From assembly GCA_977017575.1 (NCBI GenBank), contig CDRNVI010000032.1, forward strand, positions 186,001-250,000: a stretch of 64,000 nucleotides of DNA. The letters are read 5' to 3'. This document shows, piece after piece, positions 51,356 to 60,519 of this stretch. The notes under the pieces were generated by a model. It saw only the letters and a list, made by a program, of their open reading frames with translations. It was not told where the DNA came from and searched no databases. Numbering within the stretch: position 1 is the stretch's first letter; each line of letters opens with the position of its first letter. The translations under genes and the position numbers were made by a program. This DNA comes from Paramoeba atlantica. Its lineage: Eukaryota > Protista > Discosea.

Positions 51356-52273
51356 TCACTGTAACAGTTGATTGATTTCTTGCAGCTCAAATTCAGAGAG
51401 AGGTGTGACAGAACGTGCTACCACCAAATCTTCGTCCATGTGCTTTTCTGAAGTAGTGCCGTCCAATGGAGTGATACCAAGATCTAGAACAAAGCGGTAC
51501 AATGCTTGTTCAACTGTGATACCACGCTTTTGAGCAAGATCTTTTAACTCTGTACTTTGAAGAAGATGTGGGTTAGCCGTCAGGGTCCAGAATGATTGAT
51601 AAACTACTCCATTTTCTTGACAGAAACTTCGTATTTCCTTGTCGTATCCGGATTGATGGTAAAAACGATTCTGGACAACGGAGGGTTTGACACGAGCATG
51701 ACTATAAAGCCAACGCAAGTTTTTCAGGCTATACTCATTGCTAATTCCAAGGCTACGTACGTGTCCTTTAGAAACCTCTTCTTCCATCGCTCGCCACGCA
51801 CTTATTGTGTCTTGCGGATCAGAATATGGTGAGTGAAGCACAAGGCTATCTATGTACATTGTTTGTAGATTCTTTAAGGATGTTTGCACGGAGGAAGACA
51901 CTTGAGTAGCAATGGAAGATAGCGGGTCGTAGGGAATATTACTCGGATCTTGTGCAGAAATTGGAGAAAATTTCGTTTGGAGGAAAAGATCTTCACGTCG
52001 CAGATCGGGATTTTCGTGATAGGCCTTGATGATTCCTATGCCGACGAGATCCTCCCGATAGTGCCGCGGTTGACAGGCAGTATCGATACCACGAAAACCA
52101 TGCTTCAAGGCGGAAGCCACAAGATCCGCGGTGCGTTGTTTTTTCCAAGCTGTCCCATACAGAATCTTAGGGAGTGCGCGTAAAGCGGCTTGTGCAGGAA
52201 AGTCTGCAGTGCTTCCGCAAGTCATTGTAAAGGCGAGCAAAACTACTCGACACAAGATAGATTTCAGAAACAT
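51356..52273 (-). CDS. Aldo-keto reductase
   Basis: LYGTAWK, GFRGIDTA..PRHY.E..VG, REDLFLQTK, YIDSLVLHSP, VRSLGISN, PSVVQNRF, PLDGTTSEKHM.ED. Confidence 0.92.
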   Translation of the reverse strand: MFLKSILCRVVLLAFTMTCGSTADFPAQAALRALPKILYGTAWKKQRTADLVASALKHGFRGIDTACQPRHYREDLVGIGIIKAYHENPDLRREDLFLQTKFSPISAQDPSNIPYDPLSSIATQVSSSVQTSLKNLQTMYIDSLVLHSPYSDPQDTISAWRAMEEEVSKGHVRSLGISNEYSLKNLRWLYSHARVKPSVVQNRFYHQSGYDKEIRSFCQENGVVYQSFWTLTANPHLLQSTELKDLAQKRGITVEQALYRFVLDLGITPLDGTTSEKHMDEDLVVARSVTPLSEFELQEINQLLQ

Positions 52274-52432
52274 TGAAAAAAATTATGTTACATCTGAAAG
52301 TATAGTAGTAAGTCTAGTAACGTGCGACGCACACTAAGAAATAAACTAAAGCACATTTAGTGGGGCACTATGGAGGAGGAACAACGTCACAATCGGAGAT
52401 GTGGATAAAAGAATTGAAGCGAAACTAAAATA

Positions 52433-52652
52433 CTGTGTCCCCCAATTATTTGTCACCTGTTCTTCGAAAAAAGGACAAAGTGGGGGGGTTAGGCTATGAA
52501 AATTAAGTGGGGGGTCAAAATATTTTTATACTTCGAAATATTTGTTTACGAATGGAAGACCACGAGGAGGTCTTCCCCAATTTTGGGTTGCGCGCAGAGG
52601 CAAGACAAATAAGTAAGGGGGCTTGCTATGACAAATAAGTGGGGGGACACAG
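52433..52652. mobile_element. 220-bp TA-flanked MITE
   Basis: TA|CTGTGTCCCCCAATTATTTGTCA ... TGACAAATAAGTGGGGGGACACAG|TA, with internal ACAAA(TAA)GT(GGGGG) repeats. Confidence 0.85.
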
Positions 52653-52687
52653 TACGTTATTCTATAATTTAAACGACATCTCTGATT

Positions 52688-55684
52688 TTACTCTATGGGC
52701 TCACGATGCTCAGAAAAGAATCTCACTGCGCAAAGCCACTGCCACGTAGTTACAGTAACGCCCTTCATATAGATAGCGGGCTTCTCGTGCTCCAGCGCTG
52801 CACGATTCGGGATAGTTTTCGAAAACTCCCTCTTCCCATTTTTTTGTGATGATTTCTGTAACATGGAGAAAACAACCCATTCAGGAGAAGGATGAATACG
52901 ACTAACCCCGCTATCAGGATGAATGTATAATGCTTCCTTAACGGGAGAAAAATCGTTTCGTACGAAAAGCGGAAGTACGTGAACATACGCCACATATCTA
53001 GTGCGACCGGTGGATACACAACGAACGTGAAGTTCCTCACACTCCATAGAAGTAGCTCGTCGAGCCACACAATCTAAAAGACCCCGGCAAACAATTTGTC
53101 GAAACGTAATTTCTTCGTCCTTTGAAAGAAAACCTCTAGGATGCGTTATTCGGTGACGTGAGCTCATCAGCTGGCGTTCCTCCTTGCGATCTGTCACTGC
53201 ACTAGACATAGACATTTCTTGTCTTTCATCATGTGAATTTTCGCGACTGCACAAGGGCACCGTTGTACCAAATAGTTTTCTGTGCTTCTTAAGCTGTATG
53301 CTAAGGAGAAGAGATTCTCGTATGGTGTTCTGAATAATATTGTGCTTCTTGCAAAATAATTTTCGGTTTTTGGCCTTACGATAGTATTCCAAACAATTCG
53401 CCGCAGTTAACATATCGCTTCCTGGATGCAAGAATCGGTTCTTTGTTTTCTCTGTCGCTTTTGATGGTTCCTCTTCATTAGTTTCTGCGAAACCTTGATC
53501 GGAAAAAGAACGAGGTGCGGTCTTTTTACCTTCCACTTTTTGTTTACAATAACTTTCACGATCGAAGAGATCGACAGCAGTCGAGCACACACTCACGGCA
53601 TCTACCAGGTAGGATTGTACTATAGGAGGCATTGATCGAGCGGACAATAACATTATAGCAAACCTAGGGGCAATCGGAATCTCGAGCAACTCTTCACCTA
53701 GAGTAGTAATCTGAATTCCTAGACCGCTATCGCTTGTTCCCATTTTACGCTCGACGGCTCCCGTAATTTGTAACGATTGAATCGCACACTGTATATCCTC
53801 AACACGGGGTTCCGTTGGAAAAGGAAATGTGTCGGTCCGAACGCCCAACTTTGTCAGGAGTAGAATAGGATGCTCTAATGGGGTTCGAGTAATTTCAGGA
53901 ATCTGTTGCGGGGACATGCATGACATCGTTCCCGTACTATAAAGTCGATAACAGTGTCCAGGAGCAACACGTCCCGCTCTGCCCGCACGTTGAGTTGCAG
54001 AACTTTGACTGATCTGGGTAGTGTGATATTTATAAATATGATCATCTGCATTGTATAATCTTTCTTTAACGAAACCTGTGTCTACAACATATCGTACAAA
54101 TGGAACGGTGAGCGAAATTTCCGCAACATTTGTTGCGACGACACAAAGTCGTTTTCCTTCTGGGGTTTCCTGAAATATTCTTTGCTGCAAGTCATACCGC
54201 AGTTTTGAATATAGGGGAAGTACATGCAAGGTGTCAAAGCACATCCCTTGATCGTGGTGCTCATCGTCTTGATTAGATTCTATCTCTGAAGCAAGATCAT
54301 AGATACTGTCATGGTCTGAAATCCCAATCTGCGAACTGAGTGCTTGCGCAGATGTTTTGTCAAGAAATTCTCCATGTTCTGTATCGGAAAAGTCAAACAT
54401 ACGCGAGTGAGAAAATCCATTCTTCACGTTGTGGCGAAAACCAGTTTCATCGTATGCCCTAGTAGAGGTTGTGGAAAAATAATCGATCAATTTTCGGGTT
54501 AGATTCTCACAGTCACGCTGGGTTGGAACAAAACACAGTATTGCACCTGCGGGCAAGCGTGTATGGATCTGTATACATTTGAGAAAAGCATCTGAAAGAT
54601 AAGAATCCAAAGTTGAGCTCTGCAGCGCATAATGCTCAGTGACCGAGTAAGTTCTACTTTCAATTTCCACGATGGGGGGTGGTTTCGGGTAAAGTTTTCT
54701 GTTACTTGCAAAATCAGCAAGTTGTAACGTAGCACTCATAATCAACACAGCCAGAGGTCGATTCATAGTTGACCTGAGCGGTACTATTCGTGAAAGTAAG
54801 CCAAGGAGAAGGTCGCATTCAACACTACGTTCATGAGCTTCGTCAATGATAATAGCGGAATACTGAGACAAAGAAAAATCCTGCTGAATTTGTTTCAACA
54901 ATATGCCTTCCGTAAGAAAAAGTAACCTGGTATCTTGTGATGTTTTGCGATCGTAGCGAACCTGATAGCCCACTCTACCTACGCCTATGGGAGGCTCTCC
55001 GAGTTCCCAACGCACACGTTCAGCCATGGCTCTGACCGCAACACGACGCGGTTGAGTTACGGCAATTACATCAGGGAAGCCGTATTCCCATAGAAATTGA
55101 GGAACTTGTGTAGTCTTTCCGCAACCTGTAGCACCACAAATTAAGGCACATCCGGTGTATGCTGATATTTTTGCTGCCTCAATGATTTCCCGCTCAAACT
55201 TTGTAGCAGGGAGAAAAGAGCGCTGCAATTCCAATGCTTGTGACCGATGAATTTGTACGCTTTGAAATTTTATGGAATTTTCTGGTAGAATAACATGTGG
55301 AATTTCTACATCAGAATCGGGGTCATTCTTTGTGTTTCGTTTCAAACGTTTTGCCGTCTGTTGACCTTGTATACTACCCACGTTATCAGTAACGTATGGT
55401 GAGCTTAATTCTTTTTGTGGAGAAGCTCCCTGTTTCTTTTCCTTCATAAATCGTTTTCGCTCTGCTTTGGTAAATTTGATGGCTTTCTGCTGTTCGCGTA
55501 TATAAGCGTGATGTTGTTCGGTTTCATCTTTGGATTCATGCAGTTTCATCATTGATGCACGCAAAAGGCATTCCCTACTTCTCTTTTCTTCACTTTTTCG
55601 TTGGAGTCGATCCTTTTTCGTGCGAAAATTCACAGAAAGCAAATTTTCAAGCCCCAATTTTTCGAAAATATTAGGAGTCGTCAT
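52688..55684 (-). CDS. DHX37: DEAH-box RNA helicase DHX37/Dhr1-like
   Basis: GATGCGKTTQVPQFL, TQPRRVAV, DEAHERS, MSATL, LHVLPLYS, RLCVVATNVAE.SLT, QRAGRAGR..PGHCYRLYS. An upstream ATG exists at 55759 in low-complexity DNA. Confidence 0.85.
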   Translation of the reverse strand: MTTPNIFEKLGLENLLSVNFRTKKDRLQRKSEEKRSRECLLRASMMKLHESKDETEQHHAYIREQQKAIKFTKAERKRFMKEKKQGASPQKELSSPYVTDNVGSIQGQQTAKRLKRNTKNDPDSDVEIPHVILPENSIKFQSVQIHRSQALELQRSFLPATKFEREIIEAAKISAYTGCALICGATGCGKTTQVPQFLWEYGFPDVIAVTQPRRVAVRAMAERVRWELGEPPIGVGRVGYQVRYDRKTSQDTRLLFLTEGILLKQIQQDFSLSQYSAIIIDEAHERSVECDLLLGLLSRIVPLRSTMNRPLAVLIMSATLQLADFASNRKLYPKPPPIVEIESRTYSVTEHYALQSSTLDSYLSDAFLKCIQIHTRLPAGAILCFVPTQRDCENLTRKLIDYFSTTSTRAYDETGFRHNVKNGFSHSRMFDFSDTEHGEFLDKTSAQALSSQIGISDHDSIYDLASEIESNQDDEHHDQGMCFDTLHVLPLYSKLRYDLQQRIFQETPEGKRLCVVATNVAEISLTVPFVRYVVDTGFVKERLYNADDHIYKYHTTQISQSSATQRAGRAGRVAPGHCYRLYSTGTMSCMSPQQIPEITRTPLEHPILLLTKLGVRTDTFPFPTEPRVEDIQCAIQSLQITGAVERKMGTSDSGLGIQITTLGEELLEIPIAPRFAIMLLSARSMPPIVQSYLVDAVSVCSTAVDLFDRESYCKQKVEGKKTAPRSFSDQGFAETNEEEPSKATEKTKNRFLHPGSDMLTAANCLEYYRKAKNRKLFCKKHNIIQNTIRESLLLSIQLKKHRKLFGTTVPLCSRENSHDERQEMSMSSAVTDRKEERQLMSSRHRITHPRGFLSKDEEITFRQIVCRGLLDCVARRATSMECEELHVRCVSTGRTRYVAYVHVLPLFVRNDFSPVKEALYIHPDSGVSRIHPSPEWVVFSMLQKSSQKNGKREFSKTIPNRAALEHEKPAIYMKGVTVTTWQWLCAVRFFSEHREPIE

Positions 55685-55894
55685 TCGGTCATACGGAAGA
55701 ATATACAGTAGAAAAAGATCTATACATGTATGCCATGCCATGTATGCATATCTATACATGATCTATGTATATCATGTATGTGCCATGCCAATTAAATGAT
55801 TTCCATGTTAGCGAATGTAGTAATAAGCACGCCACAGAAAATTGAACTGCCCTGCGTATGATACATTATTTAGTTGCTACATTGTCTAATAAAA

Positions 55895-56566
55895 TCAGTA
55901 GAGAGCTCTCCCATCCGCAGGCTTACGAAGGTGTACACGCACTTTTACTCTCTTATTATCATAGACTTCACGTTCGATGCCAAGCTCTTCCGCTCCCGGC
56001 ATATAGAGCCAACACCAATTATGCCCTAAAACATCAATTCCTGTAAGTTTATCTTTCTCTCTAAATTCAATTAAGGAAGGATCAACACGAACGCGATACT
56101 GTTGCCAAAGTTTTTGTACAACATCCTTTTTTCGTAAGGGACAATTAATGCGCCACCCTCCCCCAAAAGATCGTCTAGAGAACAACAGGTAGCCAGTGTT
56201 CACCCTCCAGTAAAGATCAAGCCACTGCCTTTTTCGGGCTGCAAGAGCAAGAAATTCGGCTGTTCGGGCAACATACTTGTCATTTTGCTCCGTTTCAGGG
56301 TTGTAGCACCATACGCCAGCAAGTGTCTCTTCGCAAGGTTCAACTGCAGTTTCGCATTCTAGGTGACTCATTGCAACCTCACGTTTCACTAACCGTTCTT
56401 CTCCCGCGAATCCACCGTCGGGACCTAATATAGTTTTAACAAAGATTATGGGTTTGAACTCGAGTTGATGCTCGGGTGCAAGTTCCCGACAGACGGTACT
56501 GGCGCGAAAAAGCTTTGTGATCGAAAAAGAGAACAGCCGTCCTAGCACATGCGTTCCCGACAGCAT
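55895..56566 (-). CDS. Mitochondrial ribosomal protein bL9m-like
   Basis: IIFVKTILG..GFAGEERLVKREVAMSHL...AVEP fits the L9 N-domain. LLFSRR..G...N.PLRKKDVVQKLWQQYRVRVDPSLIEF..I..LG fits the L9 C-domain. It has a presequence-like N-terminus. Confidence 0.62.
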   Translation of the reverse strand: MLSGTHVLGRLFSFSITKLFRASTVCRELAPEHQLEFKPIIFVKTILGPDGGFAGEERLVKREVAMSHLECETAVEPCEETLAGVWCYNPETEQNDKYVARTAEFLALAARKRQWLDLYWRVNTGYLLFSRRSFGGGWRINCPLRKKDVVQKLWQQYRVRVDPSLIEFREKDKLTGIDVLGHNWCWLYMPGAEELGIEREVYDNKRVKVRVHLRKPADGRALY

Positions 56567-57361
56567 TAAGAAAAGAAAATTTAATTTGTGTATCTTATTT
56601 CGTTTCTTCCGGACGACACATCCAGTAAGACGTCTTTGAATAAAATTCAAGAAAAATCTAACATACATTATATTTGGCGGGAAGCAAAAACATTACAGCA
56701 TGACGAACAAAGACGATGTAGAAACTAAATTATAGCTTGTCCACTCTCCTATAAATTATTCTGAAAATAACATAGACTTTGAAACACTTAAAGAAACAGT
56801 GCTTCCAATGAGTACCACCAATGAGTTGAAATCTATATTTTCATGAATAAGTAGGATACGACGCATATGGACTAGATATCTCTGTTGGAGACCGTCTAAA
56901 TTGTTGGTAAATTTATTGCGCTTTGTCATTTTTTCCACTAACATGACTAGACCGGTGTGCGAAACGGGAGCACAACTAGTTCCCGTTCATGCCGGAGAGT
57001 CTTCGCGGGGAACACTGTTCTATGTGTGTTTCATATGTGTTTATATGCTTCGTTGCTCAAGCCAAACAAAAGCATCATTTAGAACGGAAGTAAAGCACAG
57101 TGAACGTAATCTAAAGCACAGTTGTCAGAAATCGAGAGTAAAACTCCGAATCTCCGGAGTGAAAGATGCCCCACCATGAACTTGCGGAATCACAGAATAA
57201 AGCACGTAAATACCTTATAAAAATTCGTGGCCCCACTGTGTTTCGATATAAGTCTTCTCTGGCTGCGCGTTGCTTGCCGTCAAAGAGTGGCCAAAGTATG
57301 GACAAGCGCTTATAGTAGCTAGAGCAATCCGAGATTCGAATGCAGGTAGCCTTAAATATTC

Positions 57362-59146
57362 TCAGTTCAATTCTACACCAAATTCATTCGCAAGAGCTGT
57401 AATATCATTTCTAGTGGTCAGCTCAATCAAGTCACTGCGATCCATCTGGTGTAAAGTGAGACGCATCATGTTCCATATCTCGCGTGTACACTCTGCTCTG
57501 CGAAACAGTGTGTACTGGTGCAGCATGGGCCCATCTGCTTTATCTTCTAAAGAGGTTTCACTGGTCGCTTCATTTTGTAAATGTACTGCCCTAAGAAATG
57601 TACGTACAGCCTCCGCGTACTCCCCAAGGTTGGAGAGCGAGATGCCGCGGTTGTAGTGCACCCGAACATTACCCGGTTTAATGTCTAATGCACGGTCGTA
57701 TGCCTGAAGCGCTTCTTGCGATCGGTTCCCATTAGCTAGTGTGGCGCCCAGTTGATTCCACAAAATGGCATCGTCGGAGCGTAATGCTAAGGCGCTTTGA
57801 AAATCCGCCGCGGCGAGATCGTATTCATGGGAAAGATTGTGAACAATACCAAGCGCCAGGTGGAGGTCAGGGTCCGTGTTGCTATAGACGGCTGCTTGCT
57901 CAAGAGAGCTACTTAGGGCCTGGTGCTCGTCAGCGTTTACCTCGAGGTACTCAGATACCATTTCGTCCCCCTCGGAGGTTATTGAATCAACAGTATACGA
58001 CGCATATTCTGGATGATACCGCAGCCATTGACGTAAAATCCCAAGTGCTGCACCGGCATGTCCCTCATTCGTCAAGGAAGCGCTAAGAGAAAGATAATTG
58101 GGAAGACACAATGGATCTAATTCTACAGCCTTACGTAGTGCAATTACAGCGAGTGGGTCTTTCTCGCTCTCTTGTAGGGCATGGCCCAGTTGCTGCCATG
58201 CCTCTACGTGTTGACTATCTTTTTGGCAGGCTGCCTCAAAGGCTAGGGCAGCGGAGGCTACCGCCCCGGCGTGCAACAGATCGTTCCCTTCCTCAAAAGG
58301 AAAGTCATGAAAGCGATACGGATTGTCAGGATGAAATGGGTACTCTTCGGAAGTTTTATCCAGTCCTAACTCATTCTTGGAAAAGTTCTCATATTCTTGT
58401 TCCCAGGAAAGGTCTTCGTTGTCCGAATTTTGAAGGAAGTCTTTAGCCCAGGATTCTTCCACAGCTTGCTCCTCAAAAGTCGAGAATCCTTCGTCGTCTT
58501 GAAATTGGTTTGCCCATGACGTATTTTCCAAATCATCTGGTACCGCACTCTCATTTATTACGTCATGTTCGGTTGTTTCAGAGAAAGAGTTGTCTTGATT
58601 AACTGACTCCGAACGAGCCTCGTCAAGTTCTTCATCCAGTATCGTGGGTTCTGAATTAATATTTTGTTCACCCATGCCTTCGATAGAAAATTCTTGCACA
58701 GGTTCATTTACGATAGGCCCCGAAGCCTCTCCTACAAACCTTTCAAGCCACGCAGAGCTGTCTCCTGGGTCATCAAATCCAATATGAGCATCTGAACCAG
58801 GAACATACTCTGCATATGATTCATCCCTCATGCGCGATGGAGGTTCACCTGATTTACGCTCCTGATTCCATACGGAATCAAAAGAAACATCGAAATGTTC
58901 ATCATTTCCCGTAAAAGGGGTGATTAACGTTTCTGCGTATTCTATTGGAGGCGTCTCATCGTTGTAGTTCGAGGGAAAAGCATTAAAGTCAGCGTATAGA
59001 GGGGGCGCTTCATTCACATGAGATTCCTCCGGTGTCTCACCCCAAGTCTCAAGCGGAACCATAGGGCCTTGAAACATAGCCCCTGCTGCATCTGCAAATG
59101 TGTTCCCTCCGCAACTGGGGTCCAGTAGATCGCGAAAAAAACTCAT
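57362..59146 (-). CDS. PEX5: Peroxisomal PTS1 receptor PEX5
   Basis: N-terminal M..RDLL...CGG, four WxxxF/Y motifs (WLERF, WANQF, WAKDF, WEQEY), YPF..DNPY, and C-terminal TPRs with LWNQLGATLANGNRS.EA..AY.RAL..KP..VR..YN.GIS. Confidence 0.95.
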   Translation of the reverse strand: MSFFRDLLDPSCGGNTFADAAGAMFQGPMVPLETWGETPEESHVNEAPPLYADFNAFPSNYNDETPPIEYAETLITPFTGNDEHFDVSFDSVWNQERKSGEPPSRMRDESYAEYVPGSDAHIGFDDPGDSSAWLERFVGEASGPIVNEPVQEFSIEGMGEQNINSEPTILDEELDEARSESVNQDNSFSETTEHDVINESAVPDDLENTSWANQFQDDEGFSTFEEQAVEESWAKDFLQNSDNEDLSWEQEYENFSKNELGLDKTSEEYPFHPDNPYRFHDFPFEEGNDLLHAGAVASAALAFEAACQKDSQHVEAWQQLGHALQESEKDPLAVIALRKAVELDPLCLPNYLSLSASLTNEGHAGAALGILRQWLRYHPEYASYTVDSITSEGDEMVSEYLEVNADEHQALSSSLEQAAVYSNTDPDLHLALGIVHNLSHEYDLAAADFQSALALRSDDAILWNQLGATLANGNRSQEALQAYDRALDIKPGNVRVHYNRGISLSNLGEYAEAVRTFLRAVHLQNEATSETSLEDKADGPMLHQYTLFRRAECTREIWNMMRLTLHQMDRSDLIELTTRNDITALANEFGVELN

Positions 59147-59369
59147 TCTTAAGTTAAGGGGATTAGTTTGAATACCGTTCACTACCACAATTCTTTTACC
59201 ATACAAACAAACTGCAACAATTTAAATAAATGCGCCTAAAAGCTTGAATCTTTTAATCAAATAGAACAAAAGTCCCAATCTATAGTAGACTAGTACGAAA
59301 TGTCTCCCTACTTATTCCAAAGAAAAGTTGCGTAAGCCCATTCCTTAAGATTTTTCTTATACAAGAATC

Positions 59370-60360
59370 AAACTCCAAACAGACCACCTCCTACACCTGT
59401 ATGTGTTACCTCCACAAGAATACACCTTAACGCTTCACATAAAACTCTACTTTCCCCCCACCCCTCTATTCCCCCCTCACTCCGCAAACGTTTTAAAATC
59501 CCGCAACCACCGCTCATACTCCCCTTGCTCAATATACTCACACTGCTCCTTAATAAACACCGCAAACTTATCCGTCACCCCTTTCCCCTCCAAGTAACTA
59601 TGCAACACGGTAATCACGGCCTCATCCAGGTGCGCCAACGTGGGGCCCTGGTAGTGACTCTCCAGTTCCCGGCACGTCTGGGCGGATAAGAAATCCGTAA
59701 TCCCCCGGGCGCTGGGGTAGACCACAATGTTGTCCACCACGAGCTCGTTCTCCACGGAGAGCATGGAGAACTCCACGGTGCGCTGGTGCCGCAGCGCGCG
59801 CAGCACGAACGGGTACTGCTCCACGGGCTCCTCCGTGTTCCCCGCGTCCGGGTTCCCCTTCGGGAGGGCGCAGAAGACCTCGAGCGTGGCCTCCGCGGGG
59901 CTGGCCGCGGGGTGGGACATGGTGAAGAAGCTCTTGCCGGGGTGGAGCTGGAGGGTCCAGCCATCGGGGAGGGGAGGTGGGGGGCTGCGGTCGATGGCCT
60001 GCTCGTCCGTGAGCTCCTTGTCGAGGACTTTGCAGAGGTCGGTGGGGGGGGAGGGGGAGGGGGGAGGGGGGGAGGAGGGGGTGCAGTAGGGTCGGGTGAG
60101 GGGGGAGGGGAGGGCAGTGCGCGTGAGGGGGGTGAGGGGTGTAAGGGGGTAGAGGAGGCGGGTGGGGAATTTGGGGGAACGTTGGAGGAGGGAACGCATG
60201 GAGGAAGGGGAGGAGAAAGAGTGGTAAGGGAAAAGGAAAAGTATGGGGTGAAAACAATTGTTTCCCCCCTCTAATAACTAATTATAAATCCTTTCCCCTA
60301 TATATTATTTATGAATAATTATAGGGTGAAGGATGGAATATAATGGAGGTGGAGTGTTGC
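59370..60360. other. GC-rich island with C-to-G skew flip (island 4)
   Basis: The + strand is C-rich over 59370-59720 and G-rich over 59880-60360. Confidence 0.85.
59477..60199 (-). CDS. Mitochondrial acidic matrix protein MAM33/p32 family (p22-like)
   Basis: Presequence-like N-terminus, LCKVLDKEL, YQGPTLAHLDE......SYLEGKGVTDKFAVFI...EYIEQGEYERWL. Confidence 0.9.
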   Translation of the reverse strand: MRSLLQRSPKFPTRLLYPLTPLTPLTRTALPSPLTRPYCTPSSPPPPSPSPPTDLCKVLDKELTDEQAIDRSPPPPLPDGWTLQLHPGKSFFTMSHPAASPAEATLEVFCALPKGNPDAGNTEEPVEQYPFVLRALRHQRTVEFSMLSVENELVVDNIVVYPSARGITDFLSAQTCRELESHYQGPTLAHLDEAVITVLHSYLEGKGVTDKFAVFIKEQCEYIEQGEYERWLRDFKTFAE

Positions 60361-60519
60361 GTTCTATCCGAGACATGCTGATAGAAGAGATGTTATTTGA
60401 ATGAAAGTGGCATAGAAATGGAAGCCGTGGTTTTCATTAAGCGAGAAGGCTACCTCTCTGATCCGGTATGACAATACAGGAGAAAGACGATTCGGAATGT
60501 TTTTGAAAGTTTATATGAT

